This document shows, one piece after another, positions 51,901 through 64,000 of a stretch of DNA of 64,000 bases. Numbering within the stretch: position 1 is the stretch's first letter; every line of letters starts with the position of its first letter. A program made the translations under genes and the position numbers. The notes under the pieces were generated by a model. The model worked only from the letters and a program-made list of their open reading frames with translations. It searched no databases and was not told the origin of the DNA. This DNA is from Eledone cirrhosa (Eukaryota): contig OZ024746.1 of NCBI GenBank assembly GCA_964016885.1, positions 48,732,001 to 48,796,000 on the forward strand, read 5' to 3'.

Positions 51901-54900
51901 ACCTATAACAAATCCTACAAATACAGTCAACTTTAACCTCGTTCAACCTATAACAAATCCCATAACTACAGTCAACTATAACCTCGTTCAACCTATAACA
52001 AATCCTACAAATACAGTCAACTTTAACCTCGTTCAACCTATAACAAATCCTACAAATACAGTCAACTTTAACCTCGTTCAACCTATAACAAATCCTATAA
52101 ATACAGTCAACTTTAACCTCGTTCAACCTATAACAAATCCCATAACTACAGTCAACTATAACCTCGTTCAACGTATAACAAATCCTACAAATACAGTCAA
52201 CTATAACCTCGTTCAACCTATAACAAATCCTACAAATACAGTCAACTATAACCTCGTTCAACGTATAACAAATCCTACAAATACAGTCAACTTTAACCTC
52301 GTTCAACGTATAACAAATCCTACAAATACAGTCAACTATAACCTCGTTCAACCTATAACAAATCCTACAAATACAGTCAACTTTAACCTCGTTCAACGTA
52401 TAACAAATCCTACAAATACAGTCAACTATAACCTAGTTCAACCTATAACAAATCCTACAAATACAGTCAACTATAACCTCGTTCAACCTATAACAAATCC
52501 TACAAATACAGTCAACTTTAACCTCGTTCAACCTATAACAAATCCTACAAATACAGTCAACTTTAACCTCGTTCAACCTATAACAAATCCCATAACTACA
52601 GTCAACTATAACCTCGTTCAACCTATAACAAATCCTACAAATACAGTCAACTATAACCTCGTTCAACGTATAACAAATCCTACAAATACAGTCAACTATA
52701 ACCTCGTTCAACCTATAACAAATCCTACAAATACAGTCAACTTTAACCTCGTTCAACGTATAACAAATCCTACAAATACAGTCAACTTTAACCTCGTTCA
52801 ACCTATAACAAATCCCATAACTAAAGTCAACTATAACCTCGTTCAACCTATAACAAATCCTACAAATACAGTCAACTATAACCTCGTTCAACCTATAACA
52901 AATCCTACAAATACAGTCAACTATAACCTCGTTCAACGTATAACAAATCCTACAAATACAGCCAACTTTAACCTCGTTCAACGTATAACAAATCCTACAA
53001 ATACAGTCAACTTTAACCTCGTTCAACCTATAACAAATCCTACAAATACAGTCAACTTTAACCTCGTTCAACCTATAACAAATCCTACAAATACAGTCAA
53101 TTTTAACCTCGTTCAACCTATAACAAATCCTACAAATACAGTCAACTATAACCTCGTTCAACCTATAACAAATCCTACAATTACAGTCAACTATAACCTC
53201 GTTCAACCTATAACAAATCCTACAAATACAGTCAACTTTAACCTCGTTCAACCTATAACAAATCCCATAACTACAGTCAACTATAACCTCGTTCAACCTA
53301 TAACAAATCCTACAAATACAGTCAACTTTAACCTCGTTCAACCTATAACAAATCCCATAACTTCAGTCAACTATAACCTCGTTCAACCTATAACAAATCC
53401 CATAATTACAGTCAACTTTAACCTCGTTCAACCTATAACAAATCCCATAACTACAGTCAACTATAACCTCGTTCAACGTATAACAAATCCTATAAATACA
53501 GTCAACTTTAACCTCGTTCAACGTATAACAAATCCTACAAATACAGTCAACTATAACCTCGTTCAACGTATAACAAATCCTACAAATACAGTCAACTTTA
53601 ACCTCGTTCAACCTATAACAAATCCTACAAATACAGTCAACTATAACCTCGTTCAACCTATAACAAATCCTACAAATACAGTCAACTTAAACCTCGTTCA
53701 ACCTATAACAAATCCTACAAATACAGTCAACTATAACCTCGTTCAACCTATAACAAATCCTACAAATACAGTCAACTTTAACCTCGTTCAACGTATAACA
53801 AATCCTATAACTACAGTCAACTATAACCTCGTTCAACCCATAACAAATCCTACAAATACAGTCAACTATAACCTCGTTCAACCTATAACAAATCCTACAA
53901 ATACAGTCAACTTTAACCTCGTTCAACCTATAACAAATCCTACAAATACAGTCAACTATAACCTCGTTCAACCTATAACAAATCCTACAAATACAGTCAA
54001 CTTTAACCTCGTTCAACCTATAACAAATCCTACAAATACAGTCAACTATAACCTCGTTCAACCTATAACAAATCCTACAAATACAGTCAACTTTAACCTC
54101 GTTCAACGTATAACAAATCCTATAACTACAGTCAACTATAACCTCGTTCAACCTATAACAAATCCTACAAATACATTCAACTTTAACCTCGTTCAACGTA
54201 TAACAAATCCTATAACTACAGTCAACTATAACCTCGTTCAACCTATAACAAATCCTATAACTACAGTCAACTATAACCTCGTTCAACCTATAACAAATCC
54301 TATAACTACAGTCAACTATAACCTCGTTCAACCTATAACAAATCCTATAACTACAGTCAACTTTAACCTCGTTCAACCTATAACAAATCCTATAACTACA
54401 GTCAACTTTAACCTCGTTCAACGTATAACAAATCCTACAAATACAGTCAACTATAACCTCGTTCAACCTATAACAAATCCTACAAATACAGTCAACTATA
54501 ACCTCGTTCAACCTATAACAAATCCTACCACTACAGTCAACTATAACCTCGTTCAACCTATAACAAATCCTACAAATACAGTCAACTTTAACCTCGTTCA
54601 ACGTATAACAAATCCTACAAATACAGTCAACTTTAACCTCGTTCAACGTATAACAAATCCTACAAATACAGTCAACTTTAACCTCGTTCAACCTATAACA
54701 AATCCTACAAATACAGTCAACTATAACCTCGTTCAACCTATAACAAATCCTACAAATACAGTCAACTTTAACCTCGTTCAACGTATAACAAATCCCATAA
54801 CTACAGTCAACTATAACCTCGTTCAACCTATAACAAATCCTACAAATACAGTCAACTATAACCTCGTTCAACCTATAACAAATCCCATAACTACAGTCAA

Positions 54901-57900
54901 CTATAACCTCGTTCAACCTATAACAAATCCTACAAATACAGTCAACTTTAACCTCGTTCAACGTATAACAAATCCTACAAATACAGTCAACTTTAACCTC
55001 GTTCAACATATAACAAATCCCATAACTACAGTCAACTATAACCTCGTTCAACCTATAACAAATCCTACAAACACAGTCAACTTTAACCTCGTTCAACGTA
55101 TAACAAATCCTACAAATACAGTCAACTTTAACCTCGTTCAACCTATAACAAATCCTACAAATACAGTCAACTATAACCTCGTTCAACCTATAACAAATCC
55201 TACAAATACAGTCAACTTTAACCTCGTTCAACCTATAACAAATCCTACAAATACAGTCAACTATAACCTCGTTCAAACTATAACAAATCCTACAAATACA
55301 GTCAACTTTAACCTCGTTCAACGTATAACAAATCCTATAACAACAGTCAACTATAACCTCGTTCAACCTATAACAAATCCTACAAATACATTCAACTTTA
55401 ACCTCGTTCAACGTATAACAAATCCTATAACTACAGTCAACTATAACCTCGTTCAACCTATAACAAATCCTATAACTACAGTCAACTATAACCTCGTTCA
55501 ACCTATAACAAATCCTATAACTACAGTCAACTATAACCTCGTTCAACCTATAACAAATCCTATAACTACAGTCAACTTTAACCTCGTTCAACCTATAACA
55601 AATCCTATAACTACAGTCAACTTTAACCTCGTTCAACGTATAACAAATCCTACAAATACAGTCAACTATAACCTCGTTCAACCTATAACAAATCCTACAA
55701 ATACAGTCAACTATAACCTCGTTCAACCTATAACAAATCCCATAACTACAGTCAACTTTAACCTCGTTCAACCTATAACAAATCCTACAAATACAGTCAA
55801 CTTTAACCTCGTTCAACCTATAACAAATCCTACAAATACAGTCAACTATAACCTCGTTCAACCTATAACAAATCCTACCACTACAGTCAACTATAACCTC
55901 GTTCAACCTATAACAAATCCTACAAATACAGTCAACTTTAACCTCGTTCAACGTATAACAAATCCTACAAATACAGTCAACTTTAACCTCGTTCAACCTA
56001 TAACAAATCCTACAAATACAGTCAACTTTAACCTCGTTCAACGTATAACAAATCCCATAACTACAGTCAACTATAACCTCGTTCAACCTATAACAAATCC
56101 TACAAATACAGTCAACTTTAACCTCGTTCAACGTATAACAAATCCTACAAATACAGTCAACTTTAACCTCGTTCAACCTATAACAAATCCTACAAATACA
56201 GTCAACTTTAACCTCGTTCAACGTATAACAAATCCTACAAATACAGTCAACTTTAACCTCGTTCAACCTATAACAAATCCTACAAATACAGTCAACTATA
56301 ACCTCGTTCAACCTATAACAAATCCTACAAATACAGTCAACTTTAACCTCGTTCAACCTATAACAAATCCTACAAATACAGTCAACTATAACCTCGTTCA
56401 ACCTATAACAAATCCTACAAATACAGTCAACTATAACCTCGTTCAACCTATAACAAATCCTACAAATACAGTCAACTATAACCTCGTTCAACGTATAACA
56501 AATCCTATAAATACAGTCAGCTTTAACCTCGTTCAACGTATAACAAATCCCATAACTACAGTCAACTATAACCTCGTTCAACGTATAACAAATCCTACAA
56601 ATACAGTCAACTTTAACCTCGTTCAACGTATAACAAATCCTATAAATACAGTCAACTTTAACCTCGTTCAACCTATAACAAATCCTACAAATACAGTCAA
56701 CTATAACCTCGTTCAACCTATAACAAATCCTACAAATACAGTCAACTTTAACCTCGTTCAACCTATAACAAATCCTACAAATACAGTCAACTTTAACCTC
56801 GTTCAACGTATAACAAATCCCATAACTACAGTCAACTATAACCTCGTTCAACCTATAACAAATCCTACAAATACAGTCAACTTTAACCTCGTTCAACGTA
56901 TAACAAATCCTACAAATACAGTCAACTTTAACCTCGTTCAACCTATAACAAATCCTACAAATACAGTCAACTTTAACCTCGTTCAACGTATAACAAATCC
57001 TACAAATACAGTCAACTTTAACCTCGTTCAACCTATAACAAATCCTAAAAATACAGTCAACTATAACCTCGTTCAACGTATAACAAATCCTACAAATACA
57101 GTCAACTTTAACCTCGTTCAACCTATAACAAATCCTACAAATACAGTCAACTTTAACTCGTTCAACCTATAACAAATCCTACAAATACAGTCAACTATAA
57201 CCTCGTTCAACCTATAACAAATCCTACAAATACAGTCAACTTTAACCTCGTTCAACGTATAACAAATCCTACAAATACAGTCAACTTTAACCTCGTTCAA
57301 CGTATAACAAATCCCATAACTACAGTCAACTATAACCTCGTTCAACCTATAACAAATCCTACAAATACAGTCAACTATAACCTCGTTCAACCTATAACAA
57401 ATCCTACAAATACAGTCAACTATAACCTCGTTCAACGTATAACAAATCCTATAAATACAGTCAGCTTTAACCTCGTTCAACGTATAACAAATCCCATAAC
57501 TACAGTCAACTATAACCTCGTTCAACGTATAACAAATCCTACAAATACAGTCAACTTTAACCTCGTTCAACGTATAACAAATCCTATAAATACAGTCAAC
57601 TTTAACCTCGTTCAACCTATAACAAATCCTACAAATACAGTCAACTATAACCTCGTTCAACCTATAACAAATCCTACAAATACAGTCAACTTTAACCTCG
57701 TTCAACCTATAACAAATCCTACAAATACAGTCAACTTTAACCTCGTTCAACGTATAACAAATCCCATAACTACAGTCAACTATAACCTCGTTCAACCTAT
57801 AACAAATCCTACAAATACAGTCAACTTTAACCTCGTTCAACGTATAACAAATCCTACAAATACAGTCAACTTTAACCTCGTTCAACCTATAACAAATCCT

Positions 57901-60900
57901 ACAAATACAGTCAACTTTAACCTCGTTCAACGTATAACAAATCCTACAAATACAGTCAACTTTAACCTCGTTCAACCTATAACAAATCCTACAAATACAG
58001 TCAACTATAACCTCGTTCAACGTATAACAAATCCTACAAATACAGTCAACTTTAACCTCGTTCAACCTATAACAAATCCTACAAATACAGTCAACTTTAA
58101 CTCGTTCAACCTATAACAAATCCTACAAATACAGTCAACTATAACCTCGTTCAACCTATAACAAATCCTACAAATACAGTCAACTTTAACCTCGTTCAAC
58201 GTATAACAAATCCTACAAATACAGTCAACTTTAACCTCGTTCAACGTATAACAAATCCCATAACTACAGTCAACTATAACCTCGTTCAACCTATAACAAA
58301 TCCTACAAATACAGTCAACTATAACCTCGTTCAACCTATAACAAATCCTACAAATACAGTCAACTATAACCTCGTTCAACGTATAACAAATCCTATAAAT
58401 ACAGTCAGCTTTAACCTCGTTCAACGTATAACAAATCCCATAACTACAGTCAACTATAACCTCGTTCAACGTATAACAAATCCTACAAATACAGTCAACT
58501 TTAACCTCGTTCAACGTATAACAAATCCTATAAATACAGTCAACTTTAACCTCGTTCAACCTATAACAAATCCTACAAATACAGTCAACTATAACCTCGT
58601 TCAACCTATAACAAATCCTACAAATACAGTCAACTTTAACCTCGTTCAACGTATAACAAATCCTACAAATACAGTCAACTATAACCTCGTTCAACGTATA
58701 ACAAATCCTATAAATACAGTCAGCTTTAACCTCGTTCAACGTATAACAAATCCCATAACTACAGTCAACTATAACCTCGTTCAACGTATAACAAATCCTA
58801 CAAATACAGTCAACTTTAACCTCGTTCAACGTATAACAAATCCTATAAATACAGTCAACTTTAACCTCGTTCAACCTATAACAAATCCTACAAATACAGT
58901 CAACTATAACCTCGTTCAACCTATAACAAATCCTACAAATACAGTCAACTTTAACCTCGTTCAACCTATAACAAATCCTACAAATACAGTCAACTTTAAC
59001 CTCGTTCAACGTATAACAAATCCCATAACTACAGTCAACTATAACCTCGTTCAACCTATAACAAATCCTACAAATACAGTCAACTTTAACCTCGTTCAAC
59101 GTATAACAAATCCTACAAATACAGTCAACTTTAACCTCGTTCAACCTATAACAAATCCTACAAATACAGTCAACTTTAACCTCGTTCAACGTATAACAAA
59201 TCCTACAAATACAGTCAACTTTAACCTCGTTCAACCTATAACAAATCCTACAAATACAGTCAACTATAACCTCGTTCAACGTATAACAAATCCTACAAAT
59301 ACAGTCAACTTTAACCTCGTTCAACCTATAACAAATCCTACAAATACAGTCAACTTTAACTCGTTCAACCTATAACAAATCCTACAAATACAGTCAACTA
59401 TAACCTCGTTCAACCTATAACAAATCCTACAAATACAGTCAACTTTAACCTCGTTCAACGTATAACAAATCCTACAAATACAGTCAACTTTAACCTCGTT
59501 CAACGTATAACAAATCCCATAACTACAGTCAACTATAACCTCGTTCAACCTATAACAAATCCTACAAATACAGTCAACTATAACCTCGTTCAACCTATAA
59601 CAAATCCTACAAATACAGTCAACTATAACCTCGTTCAACGTATAACAAATCCTATAAATACAGTCAGCTTTAACCTCGTTCAACGTATAACAAATCCCAT
59701 AACTACAGTCAACTATAACCTCGTTCAACGTATAACAAATCCTACAAATACAGTCAACTTTAACCTCGTTCAACGTATAACAAATCCTATAAATACAGTC
59801 AACTTTAACCTCGTTCAACCTATAACAAATCCTACAAATACAGTCAACTATAACCTCGTTCAACCTATAACAAATCCTACAAATACAGTCAACTTTAACC
59901 TCGTTCAACCTATAACAAATCCTACAAATACAGTCAACTTTAACCTCGTTCAACGTATAACAAATCCCATAACTACAGTCAACTATAACCTCGTTCAACC
60001 TATAACAAATCCTACAAATACAGTCAACTTTAACCTCGTTCAACGTATAACAAATCCTACAAATACAGTCAACTTTAACCTCGTTCAACCTATAACAAAT
60101 CCTACAAATACAGTCAACTTTAACCTCGTTCAACGTATAACAAATCCTACAAATACAGTCAACTTTAACCTCGTTCAACCTATAACAAATCCTACAAATA
60201 CAGTCAACTATAACCTCGTTCAACGTATAACAAATCCTACAAATACAGTCAACTTTAACCTCGTTCAACCTATAACAAATCCTACAAATACAGTCAACTT
60301 TAACTCGTTCAACCTATAACACATCCTACAAATACAGTCAACTATAACCTCGTTCAACCTATAACAAATCCTACAAATACAGTCAACTTTAACCTCGTTC
60401 AACGTATAACAAATCCTACAAATACAGTCAACTTTAACCTCGTTCAACGTATAACAAATCCCATAACTACAGTCAACTATAACCTCGTTCAACCTATAAC
60501 AAATCCTACAAATACAGTCAACTATAACCTCGTTCAACCTATAACAAATCCTACAAATACAGTCAACTATAACCTCGTTCAACGTATAACAAATCCTATA
60601 AATACAGTCAGCTTTAACCTCGTTCAACGTATAACAAATCCCATAACTACAGTCAACTATAACCTCGTTCAACGTATAACAAATCCTACAAATACAGTCA
60701 ACTTTAACCTCGTTCAACGTATAACAAATCCTATAAATACAGTCAACTTTAACCTCGTTCAACCTATAACAAATCCTACAAATACAGTCAACTATAACCT
60801 CGTTCAACCTATAACAAATCCTACAAATACAGTCAACTTTAACCTCGTTCAACGTATAACAAATCCTACAAATACAGTCAACTATAACCTCGTTCAACCT

Positions 60901-63900
60901 ATAACAAATCCTACAAATACAGACAACTTTAACCTCGTTCAACGTATAACAAATCCTACAAATACAGTCAACTTTAACCTCGTTCAACCTATAACAAATC
61001 CTACAAATACAGTCAACTATAACCTCGTTCAACCTATAACAAATCCTACAAATACAGTCAACTTTAACCTCGTTCAACGTATAACAAATCCTATAAATAC
61101 AGTCAACTTTAACCTCGTTCAACGTCTGACAAATCCCATAACTACAGTCAACTATAACCTCGTTCAACGTATAACAAATCCTACAAATACAGTCAACTAT
61201 AACCTCGTTCAACCTATAACAAATCCTACAAATACAGTCAACTATAACCTCGTTCAACGTATAACAAATCCTATAAATACAGTCAACTTTAACCTCGTTC
61301 AACCTATAACAAATCCCATAACTACAGTCAACTATAACCTCGTTCAACGTATAACAAATCCTACAAATACAGTCAACTTTAACCTCGTTCAACCTATAAC
61401 AAATCCTACAAATACAGTCAACTTTAACCTCGTTCAACCTATAACAAATCCCATAACTACAGTCAACTATAACCTCGTTCAACCTATAACAAATCCTACA
61501 AATACAGTCAACTATAACCTCGTTCAACGTATAACAAATCCTACAAATACAGTCAACTATAACCTCGTTCAACCTATAACAAATCCTACAAATACAGTCA
61601 ACTTTAACCTCGTTCAACCTATAACAAATCCCATAACTACAGTCAACTATAACCTCGTTCAACCTATAACAAATCCCATAACTACAGTCAACTTTAACCT
61701 CGTTCAACCTATAACAAATCCCATAACTACAGTCAACTTTAACCTCGTTCAACCTATAACAAATCCCATAACTACAGTCAACTATAACCTCGTTCAACGT
61801 ATAACAAATCCTACAAATACAGTCAACTTTAACCTCGTTCAACCTATAACAAATCCTACAAATACAGTCAACTATAACCTCGTTCAACCTATAACAAATC
61901 CTACAAATACAGTCAACTATAACATCGTTCAACCTATAACAAATCCTACAAATACAGTCAACTATAACCTCGTTCAACGTATAACAAATCCTATAAATAC
62001 AGTCAACTTTAACCTCGTTCAACGTATAACAAATCCCATAACTACAGTCAACTATAACCTCGTTCAACGTATAACAAATCCTACAAATACAGTCAACTTT
62101 AACCTCGTTCAACGTATAACAAATCCTATAAATACAGTCAACTTTAACCTCGTTCAACCTATAACAAATCCTACAAATACAGTCAACTATAACCTCGTTC
62201 AACCTATAACAAATCCTACAAATACAGTCAACTTTAACCTCGTTCAACGTATAACAAATCCTACAAATACAGTCAACTATAACCTCGTTCAACCTATAAC
62301 AAATCCTACAAATACAGTCAACTTTAACCTCGTTCAACGTATAACATATCCTACAAATACAGTCAACTTTAACCTCGTTCAACCTATAACAAATCCTACA
62401 AATACAGTCAACTATAACCTCGTTCAACCTATAACAAATCCTACAAATACAGTCAACTTTAACCTCGTTCAACGTATAACAAATCCTATAAATACAGTCA
62501 ACTTTAACCTCGTTCAACGTATGACACATCCCATAACTACAGTCAACTATAACCTCGTTCAACGTATAACAAATCCCATAACTACAGTCAACTATAACCT
62601 CGTTCAACCTATAACAAATCCTACAAATACAGTCAACTATAACCTCGTTCAACCTATAACAAATCCTACAAATACAGTCAACTTTAACCTCGTTCAACCT
62701 ACAACAAATCCTACAAATACAGTCAACTTTAACCTCGTTCAACCTATAACAAATCCTACAAATACAGTTAACTTTAACCTCGTTCAACCTATAACAAATC
62801 CTACAAATACAGTCAACTTTAACCTCGTTCAACCTATAACAAATCCTACAAATACAGTCAACTATAACCTCGTTCAACCTATAACAAATCCTACAAATAC
62901 AGTCAACTTTAACCTCGTTCAACCTATAACAAATCCTACAAATACAGTCAACTTTAACCTCGTTCAACCTATAACAAATCCTACAAATACAGTCAACTTT
63001 AACCTCGTTCAACGTATAACAAATCCTACAAATACAGTCAACTTTAACCTCGTTCAACCTATAACAAATCCTACAAATACAGTCAACTATAACCTCGTTC
63101 AACCTATAACAAATCCTACAAATACAGTCAACTTTAACCTCGTTCAACGTATAACAAATCCTACAAATACAGTCAACTATAACCTCGTTCAACCTATAAC
63201 AAATCCTACAAATACAGTCAACTTTAACCTCGTTCAACGTATAACAAATCCTACAAATACAGTCAACTTTAACCTCGTTCAACCTATAACAAATCCTACA
63301 AATACAGTCAACTATAACCTCGTTCAACCTATAACAAATCCTACAAATACAGTCAACTTTAACCTCGTTCAACGTATAACAAATCCTATAAATACAGTCA
63401 ACTTTAACCTCGTTCAACGTCTGACAAATCCCATAACTACAGTCAACTATAACCTCGTTCAACGTATAACAAATCCTACAAATACAGTCAACTATAACCT
63501 CGTTCAACCTATAACAAATCCTACAAATACAGTCAACTATAACCTCGTTCAACGTATAACAAATCCTATAAATACAGTCAACTTTAACCTCGTTCAACGT
63601 ATAACAAATCCCATAACTACAGTCAACTATAACCTCGTTCAACGTATAACAAATCCTACAAATACAGTCAACTTTAACCTCGTTCAACCTATAACAAATC
63701 CTACAAATACAGTCAACTTTAACCTCGTTCAACCTATAACAAATCCCATAACTACAGTCAACTATAACCTCGTTCAACCTATAACAAATCCTACAAATAC
63801 AGTCAACTATAACCTCGTTCAACGTATAACAAATCCTATAAATACAGTCAACTTTAACCTCGTTCAACGTATAACAAATCCCATAACTACAGTCAACTAT

Positions 63901-64000
63901 AACCTCGTTCAACGTATAACAAATCCTACAAATACAGTCAACTTTAACCTCGTTCAACGTATAACAAATCCTATAAATACAGTCAACTTTAACCTCGTTC
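42930..64000. repeat. 45-bp satellite array (~470 units, runs off the window) with higher-order structure
   Basis: Unit aacctcgttcaac(c/g)tataacaaatcc(tacaaa/cataac)tacagtcaact(a/t)t. The first 3 units are diverged, and rare variants recur at 945/944-bp and 4410-bp spacing. Confidence 0.98.

Noticed and set aside
43043-63957. Long Cys-rich minus-strand ORFs (LNEVKVDCICRICYR)n as metal-binding proteins
   Set aside because: They are translations of a 45-bp satellite. The starts are TTG codons inside the repeat, and stops and 1-bp frameshifts are copied along with the higher-order repeats.
42930-64000. CRISPR array
   Set aside because: There are no unique spacers, the units are contiguous, no cas genes are present, and the context is eukaryotic.

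Overview
AT-rich, microsatellite-dense animal DNA. The SINE and (TA)n landscape suggests a cephalopod such as octopus, which is an inference. No host gene is evident. Bases 1-42.9 kb are a cluster of Penelope-like retroelements (PLEs). Three carry RT + GIY-YIG ORFs: a 5'-truncated Naiad-like copy at 11.7-15.5 kb, a 5'-truncated Neptune-like copy at 22.7-25.7 kb, and an apparently intact Naiad-like copy at 25.7-32.8 kb. Many short non-coding, often foldback, relics sit among them, and nearly all are inserted in (TA)n tracts. Reading by eye gives about 18 type I hammerhead ribozyme (HHR) motifs from at least 8 families. Three unrelated families replace the canonical CUGANGA core with UUGANAA, a compensatory U3-A8 pair in place of C3-G8. 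One of these sits in a ~595-bp tandem array with one ribozyme per unit, a retrozyme-like arrangement predicted to release ~595-nt RNAs. tRNA-derived SINEs, decayed LINE pieces and two MITEs are also present. Bases 42.9-64 kb are a 45-bp satellite with higher-order repeats. All folds and coordinates were worked out by hand, and no searches were run.
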